The notes under the pieces were generated by a model that was not told where the DNA came from, did not search any database, and was given only the letters and a program-made list of their open reading frames with translations. Shown here one piece after another: positions 48,834 through 57,567 of a stretch of 64,000 nt of DNA. Both the position numbers and the translations under genes were made by a program. The stretch is from NCBI GenBank assembly GCA_963718575.1, contig OY970358.1, forward strand, positions 514,172 to 578,171. The letters run 5' to 3'. Source of the DNA: an uncultured bacterium. GTDB lineage: Bacteria > Patescibacteriota > Minisyncoccia > UBA6257 > 2-01-FULL-56-20. Positions within the stretch are counted from its first letter, which is position 1. Each line of letters opens with the position of its first letter.

Positions 48834-49955
48834 ATGGCAAACAGATCGTTCACTGTTATGGCGGTCGTTGCCGCCGCGACGATCGGCGAAGGCGTGTTCG
48901 CACTGCCGTACGTCATCCAGACGTCCGGATGGCTGCTCACGCTGTGCTACTTCATTGCGCTCATCGCCGTCGTTTCTATGGCGCACCTTATCTATATGCG
49001 GACGCTTGCTGCAGTGAATGAAAAAGAGCGTCTGCTCGCGCTCGCGCGGCGGCACTTCGGCCCGGCGGGATTCTGGATCGGATTTTTCGCGATCGTGGTC
49101 GGCCTTCTTCTTGGATTCGTTGCGTATCTTGTCCTCGGCACGGAATTTCTCGGGATCATATTCCCTGGCATCCCGACGGGTGCTGCGCTCGGGATCTTCT
49201 GGTTATTGCTCGCGTGCCTTGTCTGGGGAAGCGAGGGGGCGATCGCCTGGCTTGAGGTGGTGGGCGTCGCGCTCATCTCCGCCGCGATCCTTTTTATTTT
49301 TTTCTCCGGCCGGGGCATTCCCGCGCTCGCGGGCGTGCCGTTCGCGGTGCCGCAGGATTTTTTTCTTCCTTTCGGCGCCGTGCTGTTTTCTCTTGCGGGA
49401 TGGACGAGCGTTGAACAGGTCTACGAACTCGTTCGCGGCAGAGGAACCAACGGCGGTTTGCCGATCCTGAAAACATTCTTTGTGTTTATGATCGGCACCG
49501 CATTCGCGGCACTCCTCTATTGGCTGTTCGCCATCGGGGTGATCAGCACGACGCCGCATGTTGCGACCGACACGGTTTCCGGGATCGCGGCGTGGCCGTC
49601 GTGGCGGCGCGACATTCTTGCGCTCGTCGGCATCTTGTCCGTCGCCGTCGTGTCCCTGCCGATCGCGCGCGAGATCCGCAATGCGATGGAGAAGGATCTC
49701 GCGTGGAACCCCTTCGTTTCGCGGGCGATCATCATTGTCTTTCCGATTGTCGTCGTGCTGTCGGGATTTAATGATTTTTTATTGATCGTGAGCGTCGCCG
49801 GCGGCGTGTTCCTCAGCACGCAATATCTTTTGATCATCGCAGTGGGCCGGCGGACGCTTGCGCTTTCGCTCCGCGAGAAAGTGCTGCTCGATATCATCTC
49901 GATCGTCTTCATCTCTGCGGTGATTTACTCCATCTATATGTTCGTAGTAAGATAG
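48834..49955 (+). CDS. Amino acid permease (aromatic amino acid/APC-type)
   Basis: ATIGEGVFALPY, PFGAVLFSLAG, about 11 TM segments. Confidence 0.82.
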   Translation: MANRSFTVMAVVAAATIGEGVFALPYVIQTSGWLLTLCYFIALIAVVSMAHLIYMRTLAAVNEKERLLALARRHFGPAGFWIGFFAIVVGLLLGFVAYLVLGTEFLGIIFPGIPTGAALGIFWLLLACLVWGSEGAIAWLEVVGVALISAAILFIFFSGRGIPALAGVPFAVPQDFFLPFGAVLFSLAGWTSVEQVYELVRGRGTNGGLPILKTFFVFMIGTAFAALLYWLFAIGVISTTPHVATDTVSGIAAWPSWRRDILALVGILSVAVVSLPIAREIRNAMEKDLAWNPFVSRAIIIVFPIVVVLSGFNDFLLIVSVAGGVFLSTQYLLIIAVGRRTLALSLREKVLLDIISIVFISAVIYSIYMFVVR

Positions 49956-49984
49956 GGCTGTGCTTATCGCAGGACAACAGCCGC

Positions 49985-50056
49985 GCTCTCGTAGTTTAAT
50001 GGATAGAATATCTCCCTCCGAAGGAGGTGGTACAGGTTCGATTCCTGTCGAGAGCA
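49985..50056 (+). tRNA. tRNA-Arg(CCG); CCA not encoded
   Basis: Acceptor GCTCTCG/CGAGAGC, anticodon arm TCTCC-CTCCGAA-GGAGG, T arm ACAGG-TTCGATT-CCTGT. Confidence 0.96.
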
Positions 50057-50275
50057 CAACGCAGTGAGACCAGACCGAGCAGGTAAATGCTACGTTTTTT
50101 GACGCACGTCAAACCGACCCCGCGTGGAAATCGAACTCGCAACAGTTTTTTGGGCACCCCGGTAGTGCGATCGAGCGAGTTTGGCTCCCGTAAGACAAGA
50201 TATGAGTTTTGATAGGTAGTTGGTTGAGGAAAGGTAGTTAAACTCTTTAAGAGAAAATAATCATATAATGGATAT

Positions 50276-52753
50276 ATGACAACTTCGACGAAATTTAAAT
50301 CCGGCGCGGAGAACGATTTGAAGTCCTTGCCCCTCGAAGACGTGGAGAACAAATTAGCATCTTCGCCGGACGGTCTTACCCAAATGGAGGCGGAAAAGCG
50401 CCTTGCTCAATACGGGCCGAATGAGCTTCAGGAGAAGAAAGCCAATCCGTTTCTGAAATTTCTGACATATTTTTGGGGACCCATTCCGTGGATGATCGAA
50501 GTTGCGATGGTCCTTTCGGGGATCGTCAGAAACTGGCTCGACTTTTTCATGATCCTTTTCCTTCTTTGCTCCAACGCCCTGGTCGGATTTTGGGAAGAAC
50601 ATCAGGCGGGCAACGCCATTGCCGCGCTGAAAGCAAAACTTGCGATCGGCGCTTCGATAAAACGCGACGGAAAGTGGATCACGGCGGTGGCGCGCACGCT
50701 CGTGCCGGGCGATGTTATCCGTTTGCATTTGGGAGATATTATTCCCGCGGATACGCGCTTACTGGCTGGCAATCCCATAGAAGTGGATCAATCGGCGCTC
50801 ACCGGGGAGTCGTTGCTCGTCGAGTGTAAATCCGGCGATGCGGTATTTTCCGGATCGATCGTTCGCAAAGGGGAGATCGACGGGCTTGTGTATGGTACGG
50901 GTATGGACACGTACTTCGGGAAGACCGCGCAATTGGTGCAGGAGGCGCATACCGTGAGTCATTTCCAACGCGCCGTGCTCAAGATCGGCAATTATCTAAT
51001 CGTCCTTGCGGCGGTGCTTGTTGCGATCATTGTTATTGTCGCTATTTTTCGTGGCGATCCGATTCTTAGTACGTTGGCGTTCGCATTGGTGCTTCTCGTG
51101 GCCGCGATCCCCGTGGCGATGCCCACGGTGCTGTCCGTGACCATGGCGGTTGGCGCAAAATTACTCGCAAAAAAAGAGGCTATCGTGACCCGATTGTCTT
51201 CTATCGAAGAGCTGGCGGGTATGGACGTTCTCTGTTCGGACAAGACAGGCACTCTTACGCAGAATAAATTGAAGTTGGGAGATCCGTTCTGCATAAAAGA
51301 TATTTCCGCCGACCAGGTCATTCTTTGCGGTGCGCTTGCCACGCCAGTGGATAAAAAAGATGCCATCGATACGGCGGTGATCGATGGTCTTAAAAAAGAT
51401 CAATCGAACGGCTATCAATTGATCCACTTTGTGCCGTTCGATGCAGTGAACAAGCGTACCGAAGCGACCATCAAGAGTCCCGATGGAAAAGAATTTTACG
51501 TTGCGATGGGGGCGTCGCAGGTGATTCTCGAAATGGCAACCAACGCCAGTGATATTAAGAACGATGTCGAAAAAGCGGTAAATGATTTCGCCGCGCGCGG
51601 TTTTCGCTCGCTCGGCGTTGCCCGGGCCGATGAGGAAGGCAAATGGAAATTTATCGGCATCTTGCCGCTATTTGACCCGCCGCGTGCCGAAGCAAAGGAT
51701 ACTATCGCGAATGCCGTGCAGATGGGAGTGAGTGTCAAGATGATCACCGGCGACCATATGGCGATTGCGCAAGAAACAGCCAAGCAGTTGGGCATGGGCG
51801 CGAACATTCTTGACGCGACCAACTTGGGCGGTTCAAAAATGCCTCCGACGAAAGAGATCGCGGAGTCCATTGAAAAAGCGGACGGCTTTGCGCAGGTATT
51901 TCCGGAGCAAAAATTTACTATCGTGAAAACCCTCCAAAAGGCCGGCCATATCGTCGGTATGACGGGAGATGGCGTGAATGATGCTCCGGCGCTGAAGGTT
52001 GCCGATTGCGGCATCGCCGTTTCCGGGGCTACGGATGCTGCTCGCGCGGCGGCATCGCTCGTGCTGCTCGCGCCCGGCCTCTCAGTGATCATCGATGCGA
52101 TCAAAGAAAGCCGCCGCATCTTCCAGCGGATGAACAGCTACGCGATCTATCGCATCACGGAGACTTTGCGCGTGCTCTTCTTTATGACGCTCGCGATCCT
52201 CGTGTTCAATTTTTATCCGGTGACCGCGGTAATGATCGTGATCATTGCGGTGTTGAATGACGGAGCGATACTTTCTATCGCGTATGATAATGTTCAATTT
52301 AAAGAGGAGCCTGAGAAGTGGAATATGTCTATGGTACTCACCATCTCTACGGTGCTTGGTGTGGCGGGGGTGGTGGCAACATTCGGGTTATTTTATCTTG
52401 CCGAGCGTGTGTTCCACATCGATCAGGCCCAAGCGCAGACCATGATGTACCTAAAATTATCCGTAGCTGGGCATTTAACTATTTTTCTCACCCGCACACG
52501 CAAGTCATTCAGGTCAACGCGTCCGGCGCGGATTTTATTGTTGGCGGTATTCGGCACTCAGACCATCGCGACCCTAATCGCGGTGTACGGGTTGTTCATG
52601 GCGCCGCTTGGCTGGGGGTGGGCGTTGTTCGTCTGGGCTTACGCGCTCGTGTGGTTCCTTTTGAATGATCAGGCGAAGCTTCTTGCCTATCGGATTTTTG
52701 ATTGGTTTGGAGCGAAAACGCTGGCCCCGCAGGTGATTTCACAGAAGGTTTGA
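50276..52753 (+). CDS. Plasma-membrane proton-efflux P-type ATPase (P3A)
   Basis: FWGPIPWMIE, DQSALTGES, PVAMP, CSDKTGTLT, FDPPR, TGDGVNDAPALK, YRI, LNDG..SIAYD. Confidence 0.93.
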   Translation: MTTSTKFKSGAENDLKSLPLEDVENKLASSPDGLTQMEAEKRLAQYGPNELQEKKANPFLKFLTYFWGPIPWMIEVAMVLSGIVRNWLDFFMILFLLCSNALVGFWEEHQAGNAIAALKAKLAIGASIKRDGKWITAVARTLVPGDVIRLHLGDIIPADTRLLAGNPIEVDQSALTGESLLVECKSGDAVFSGSIVRKGEIDGLVYGTGMDTYFGKTAQLVQEAHTVSHFQRAVLKIGNYLIVLAAVLVAIIVIVAIFRGDPILSTLAFALVLLVAAIPVAMPTVLSVTMAVGAKLLAKKEAIVTRLSSIEELAGMDVLCSDKTGTLTQNKLKLGDPFCIKDISADQVILCGALATPVDKKDAIDTAVIDGLKKDQSNGYQLIHFVPFDAVNKRTEATIKSPDGKEFYVAMGASQVILEMATNASDIKNDVEKAVNDFAARGFRSLGVARADEEGKWKFIGILPLFDPPRAEAKDTIANAVQMGVSVKMITGDHMAIAQETAKQLGMGANILDATNLGGSKMPPTKEIAESIEKADGFAQVFPEQKFTIVKTLQKAGHIVGMTGDGVNDAPALKVADCGIAVSGATDAARAAASLVLLAPGLSVIIDAIKESRRIFQRMNSYAIYRITETLRVLFFMTLAILVFNFYPVTAVMIVIIAVLNDGAILSIAYDNVQFKEEPEKWNMSMVLTISTVLGVAGVVATFGLFYLAERVFHIDQAQAQTMMYLKLSVAGHLTIFLTRTRKSFRSTRPARILLLAVFGTQTIATLIAVYGLFMAPLGWGWALFVWAYALVWFLLNDQAKLLAYRIFDWFGAKTLAPQVISQKV

Positions 52754-52829
52754 TCGGCCGATTATAGGGAAAGCAGGAATAACTTAAAAAGTAGCGATTC
52801 AATATTATTGATTGCGGTATAATTTTCTC

Positions 52830-53471
52830 ATGGATAAACTCGCCGAATTAAAGAACATAGAAGCGGAGATGGCGGCGAATGTGTCGCTCCCGTTGCGCGA
52901 TACGGCGAACCTTGTTTTCGGCGAGGGAAATGTTGATTGCAAGGTGATGTTCATCGGCGAGGCGCCGGGCGTGAACGAGGATCGCCTGCGCCGGCCGTTC
53001 GTCGGTCGCGGCGGGCAACTGCTCGACGACATGATCCGCGGGCTTGGGTGGAAGCGCGAGGATGTCTATATCACGAATATCGTCAAGCGCCGGCCGCCGG
53101 AAAATCGCGACCCGTTACCCGCGGAGATCGAGGCGTACAAGCCGTACCTCACGCGGCAGATCGAGGTGATCGATCCGAAGCTGATCGTCACGCTCGGCCG
53201 CTTTTCGATGAACTATTTTTTGCCGTTCGCGAAGATCACGCACGACCACGGCCGGCCGTTGCTCGTCGACGGTCGGACGATCTTTCCAGTCTATCATCCC
53301 GCGGCGGCATTGCGCTCCACGCAGATGATGGAGACACTGCGCGGCGATTTCAAAAAGATCCCGAGCGTGCTCTCCGGCGAGTTCGGCGTGGTGGATCTGC
53401 CCCCGGCGTTTGCGGAGCCAAAGGCGGCGAGCGTTAAAAAGGAAAACCCCCGACAAGCAGGCCTTTTTTAA
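52830..53471 (+). CDS. Uracil-DNA glycosylase, family 4
   Basis: FIGEAPG..ED...PFVGRGG, TNIVK.RPP.NRDP, YHPAAALR. Confidence 0.93.
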   Translation: MDKLAELKNIEAEMAANVSLPLRDTANLVFGEGNVDCKVMFIGEAPGVNEDRLRRPFVGRGGQLLDDMIRGLGWKREDVYITNIVKRRPPENRDPLPAEIEAYKPYLTRQIEVIDPKLIVTLGRFSMNYFLPFAKITHDHGRPLLVDGRTIFPVYHPAAALRSTQMMETLRGDFKKIPSVLSGEFGVVDLPPAFAEPKAASVKKENPRQAGLF

Positions 53472-53507
53472 CGCCATACCGCGGCCATTTAGTGTTATTA
53501 TTATGGT

Positions 53508-53855
53508 ATGGATTTTTCGGTCGTCTATCTGATCCGGCGGTTTTTCTACCGGTTTTTGGATTTTTTTCATCATTGGTATATCGACGGCTCGCGCGCGTTC
53601 GGGCGGCGTTTTATGGCGACGCTCACGGCGGCGGATCAGTCGTTTGCGGTCGCGATAACCCTGCGCCATTTTTTTGAGCCGCTCTATAAGGATTACAGCA
53701 TGATCGGCAGGATCCTCGGGATTTTTTTCCGGACGGTGCGCGTCGTGATCGGCGGCGCATGCTATCTTGTCCTCGCGGCGGCGTTTGCCCTTGCATACCT
53801 TGTCTGGCTCGCCATCCCGGCCGTTATATTTTTCTATGCCGCAAAAAATATCTAA
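53508..53855 (+). CDS. Small membrane hypothetical protein overlapping the Clp ATPase start
   Basis: FFHHWY, LRHFFEPLYKDY..IGRILG..FR, C-terminal TM. Confidence 0.75.
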   Translation: MDFSVVYLIRRFFYRFLDFFHHWYIDGSRAFGRRFMATLTAADQSFAVAITLRHFFEPLYKDYSMIGRILGIFFRTVRVVIGGACYLVLAAAFALAYLVWLAIPAVIFFYAAKNI

Positions 53856-56379
53856 GTACGAATTTTATTTCAACGACTCGCGCCTGCGCATGACGATCGC
53901 GGGCAGGGCGTTGGTGCGCATTGTGAGCTATGTTTCCTATCTCGTGCTTTTCGTCGCGACATTCATGTTTTTATTGTCGGACGTAAAGCCGCTTTTCTTT
54001 GTCGGGCTATTTCTCTTTCTTGTGGTGATCGATCTTTTTGTCCATCGTAACGAAGGGGATACGCCGATCTCGGAGCTGTCGCCGGAAACGCACGGTGGAC
54101 GAGTGAACCTTGCGGAGGTGATGAACGGTCCTGCATTTGGCATCATTGAGCGTGCGGCGGATCGTAGTGCTATCACAAAAAAGAGCCTTCTCCTCGAGCT
54201 CACGCATCGCCTTTTTGAACTCCCGCAGATCGAGGACGGACTCCGGCGGCTGGATATAAAGCCGGAGGAATTCAAAGCGAAGCTCGAAACGTTGATGGCG
54301 GAGCCGGCGGCGAAGGGCGCCGCCGCGGGCCCGCCCGCCGTGCCGATAAATCCCCAAATGATCGTTGAGCCGCTCGCCGTGCATGCGTTCGCCTCTGCGG
54401 TGAGCGCCGGCCACGAATTCATCACGCCCGCCGACCTTTTCTCGGCGCTCCCGGCGATGGGCGATGAGGCGCTCGACCGGCTGTTCTCGCTCTTTAATAT
54501 AGAGGAGGGGGATCTTGAGCGCGCGCTCATCTTCAGCGCGCTCGCCGGACATCGCGGATTCTTTGCGCGGCTGCCGTCGGCGCTCGGCGGCTTCGCGCCG
54601 GTGACGTACCATGTGCGCGAGCATCGCATCATGAACCGCGCGTGGACGTCGCGCCCGACGCCGACGCTCGACAAGTACGGCATCGACTTCACCGACATGG
54701 CGCGGGATCGTGAAGTGGGATTCCTGATCGGGCACGAGGCGGAGTATGATCGGCTCGTGGAGACGCTCGCGCGTCCCACGAATCCGAATGCGTTGCTGAT
54801 CGGCGAGGCGGGGATCGGCAAGGAGACGATCATCCAGCACCTGGCATTCTGTTTGACGAAGGACGACGTGCCGAACGGGCTTTTCGACCGGCGGCTCGTG
54901 GGATTGCAGCTACAGAGCCTGATCGCCGGCGCGCCGCCGGAAGAGCTCGATGCGCGCATGAAGACGATCGTCGAGGAAATTTTCATGGCGGGAAACATCA
55001 TCCTCTACATTCCCGATATCCATAACCTTGTGCGCACATCGGGCGGCGCATATCTTTCCGCGGCGGATGCCCTGATGCCGGTCATCATGGCGAATCAGTT
55101 CCCGATCGTCGGCACGTCGTATCCAAAGGAATTCAAGCAGTTCATCGAGCCGCGCAGCGACTTCGCCGGCATGTTCGAATCGATCACGGTGAGCGAGATC
55201 TCGGAGGCGGATGCGGAAAAATTATTGACGTACGAAAGCTTTTTACTTGAACGAGCTTCACGGATCGAAGTGAGCTTTGGCGCCATCAAGCGTGCGGTCG
55301 TGTTGGCAAAAAAGTACTTGCGGGGCAAATATCTTCCGTCGAGCGCTGAGGATCTGTTGAAGAGCGCGATGGTGGATGCTGAGCGCCGCGGCGAGAAAAC
55401 GGTGACGCCGGATCGCGTGATGGCGGTGGCCGAAGAAAAGGTGAACATCCCGATGCACGAGGCGGAGGGCGACGAGGCGGCGAAATTATTGAACATGGAG
55501 GCGTTGATCCACGAGCGCGTCATCGGGCAGGACGAGGCGGTGAAGGCGGTCTCACAAGCGCTCCGCGAATATCGCAGCGGGCTTACGCGCAAAGGCGGCC
55601 CGATCGCGAGCTTCCTCTTTGTCGGTCCTACCGGTGTTGGAAAAACCGAGCTCGCGAAGGTATTGGCGGAGATCCAGTTCGGCTCGCAAAAAATGATGGT
55701 GCGATTCGACATGACGGAGTATCAGGACAAGACGAGCTTCTTCCGCTTCATCGGATCGCCTGACGGCACCGTGCGCGGCGCGCTCACTGACGCGGTGTTG
55801 GAAAAGCCCTACAGCCTGGTGCTGCTCGATGAATTCGAAAAGGCATATCCCGATATTTTGAATCTATTCCTGCAGGTGTTGGACGACGGGCGGCTCACCG
55901 ACAACATGGGCCGCGTGGTGGATTTTACGAACACGATCATCATCGCAACATCGAACGCGCATTCGGACATCATCAATGAGGCGCTCGCGAAGGGCGAGTC
56001 GATGGCGGATATCGCGGAATATTTAAAGGCGCGGCTGGTGGATGTGCTGAAACCGGAGCTGCTCAATCGCTTCTCAAAGATAATCGTGTTCAAGGACCTG
56101 GAGATGGACGAGTTGCCTCAGATCGTAAAGATCAATCTGAACGATCTTTGTTCCATCGCGAAGACCCAAGGGATCACGCTTTCATTCAGCGCCGAGGCGA
56201 TCGCGAAGATCGCCAAGCTCGGCTATAATCCGGCGTTCGGCGCGCGGCCGCTCCGGCGCGTGATCGACGAACACATCCGCGCGCCGCTCTCCGAAGCCCT
56301 GCTTGCGAAGAAGATCGCAAAGGGCGCGCGGGTCACCTGCGGCGTTAACGATGATGCATTCGAATTCGTGAACCAGTAG
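53836..56379 (+). CDS. ClpA/B/C-family AAA+ ATPase with two N-terminal TM helices
   Basis: NBD1 GEAGIGKE; NBD2 GPTGVGKTE, LLDEFEKA, DDGRLTD, PELLNRF, FGARPLRR. Confidence 0.9.
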   Translation: MPQKISKYEFYFNDSRLRMTIAGRALVRIVSYVSYLVLFVATFMFLLSDVKPLFFVGLFLFLVVIDLFVHRNEGDTPISELSPETHGGRVNLAEVMNGPAFGIIERAADRSAITKKSLLLELTHRLFELPQIEDGLRRLDIKPEEFKAKLETLMAEPAAKGAAAGPPAVPINPQMIVEPLAVHAFASAVSAGHEFITPADLFSALPAMGDEALDRLFSLFNIEEGDLERALIFSALAGHRGFFARLPSALGGFAPVTYHVREHRIMNRAWTSRPTPTLDKYGIDFTDMARDREVGFLIGHEAEYDRLVETLARPTNPNALLIGEAGIGKETIIQHLAFCLTKDDVPNGLFDRRLVGLQLQSLIAGAPPEELDARMKTIVEEIFMAGNIILYIPDIHNLVRTSGGAYLSAADALMPVIMANQFPIVGTSYPKEFKQFIEPRSDFAGMFESITVSEISEADAEKLLTYESFLLERASRIEVSFGAIKRAVVLAKKYLRGKYLPSSAEDLLKSAMVDAERRGEKTVTPDRVMAVAEEKVNIPMHEAEGDEAAKLLNMEALIHERVIGQDEAVKAVSQALREYRSGLTRKGGPIASFLFVGPTGVGKTELAKVLAEIQFGSQKMMVRFDMTEYQDKTSFFRFIGSPDGTVRGALTDAVLEKPYSLVLLDEFEKAYPDILNLFLQVLDDGRLTDNMGRVVDFTNTIIIATSNAHSDIINEALAKGESMADIAEYLKARLVDVLKPELLNRFSKIIVFKDLEMDELPQIVKINLNDLCSIAKTQGITLSFSAEAIAKIAKLGYNPAFGARPLRRVIDEHIRAPLSEALLAKKIAKGARVTCGVNDDAFEFVNQ

Positions 56380-56406
56380 CGAAATCAGTATAATAAAAAA
56401 ATACGC

Positions 56407-57084
56407 ATGCGCATCAAAGTAAACATCAATATCAAGGTCGGGCGGCTCGTAAAATATTTCGTAATCTCCGATTTTTTCCTGCTCGCCGGATGGGGCTTGA
56501 TCGATCCGGTGTTCTCGGTATTCATCATCCAGCGGGTGGTCGGCGGGACGCTCCTTACGGTCGGCATCGCTGCCGCGATCTATTGGATCCTCCGTTCGAT
56601 TCTGCAGATCCCCATCGCAAAACAGCTTGATGATATCCCCGGTGAGCACGATGATTTTATGGCGCTCATCGGCGGCCTCATGCTTATCGGCATCTCCGCG
56701 ATCGCGATGTGCTGGGTCACTCAGGTGTGGGAGCTCTATGCGATCCACGGGGTTCAAGCCGTTGCCTTTGCGCTCTACTATGCGTCGTGGCCGACGATCT
56801 TCTCGCGCCACTTGGACAAGGACAGTATCGCGCTCGACTGGTCGCTTGATTCGGCGGTCTCCGGCATCGGCGCCGGCGTCACCGGATTCCTCGGCGGCGT
56901 CATTGCCGGAACGCTCGGCTACGACGTGGTCTTTGTCTCCGCCGGTATTCTCGCGTTCATCGCCGCGTTCGTTCTCCTTGCCGTGCCGGATCTTATTCTG
57001 CCAAAGCCCGTTGCTATCACAAAAGCCGCCATCGTCGCCGCCGAAGAGGCGACCGAGCACAAGCCGGGAGGTACGGCTGCGTAA
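56407..57084 (+). CDS. Half-size (6 TM) MFS transporter-like protein
   Basis: Six hydrophobic helices, QIPIAKQLD motif-A-like loop, GFLGGVIAGTLGY. Confidence 0.75.
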   Translation: MRIKVNINIKVGRLVKYFVISDFFLLAGWGLIDPVFSVFIIQRVVGGTLLTVGIAAAIYWILRSILQIPIAKQLDDIPGEHDDFMALIGGLMLIGISAIAMCWVTQVWELYAIHGVQAVAFALYYASWPTIFSRHLDKDSIALDWSLDSAVSGIGAGVTGFLGGVIAGTLGYDVVFVSAGILAFIAAFVLLAVPDLILPKPVAITKAAIVAAEEATEHKPGGTAA

Positions 57085-57091
57085 AAAAAGA

Positions 57092-57124
57092 AAAAGGCGG
57101 ACTTCGGTGAGAAGTCCGCCTTTT
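57092..57124. terminator. Bidirectional terminator
   Basis: AAAAGGCGGACTTC-GGTGA-GAAGTCCGCCTTTT. Confidence 0.75.
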
Positions 57125-57146
57125 GATCGGCGCCGGGGGAAGATCC

Positions 57147-57467
57147 TCAGGCGTAGATATTTATTTCTGGAAAACCCGCTTCCTCCCGCGGAACGTGGAT
57201 ACTGGTGATGTTTTTTTTGGGCAGCCCTTCGCAGTTCGGACAATAAGGCAAAGAGAATGTTTCGATTTTCTCTCCGTCCAGATATCGTGCCTCGATTTCT
57301 AACGGGTGAATGGTTGCGTAGCAGGTCGCCAATTGAATCCTGGCGCTGCATTCTGCGCAGATCCATTTTAGCGGCCACCACCCGACGAGCCGGTAGTGTC
57401 CTAAATAATAACTCCTGATTACTGCAATAAAGCCTTCCCGTGTCAATCCTTCCGGCGGAGCTTCCAT
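57147..57467 (-). CDS. Hypothetical zinc-ribbon protein
   Basis: CAEC...CPNC; TTGACA-N17-TAAAAT promoter (57520-57492) and AGGTGG SD. Confidence 0.65.
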   Translation of the reverse strand: MEAPPEGLTREGFIAVIRSYYLGHYRLVGWWPLKWICAECSARIQLATCYATIHPLEIEARYLDGEKIETFSLPYCPNCEGLPKKNITSIHVPREEAGFPEINIYA

Positions 57468-57567
57468 GTTCTTCGCCACCTTTCTTTTTATATTTTACAA
57501 ACTTATAGATAAATTGTCAAACAACCTCGTTCCTTCATCCGCCCACGAGTGGTGTTAGAATATAGTC

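Noticed and set aside
50115-50190. Second tRNA on the minus strand
   Set aside because: A GTTCGATT word is present, but no paired T stem, acceptor stem or anticodon arm
46466-57124. Shared GGTGA loops in terminators at 46466 and 57092
   Set aside because: Too short and too few to distinguish from ordinary stable terminator loops
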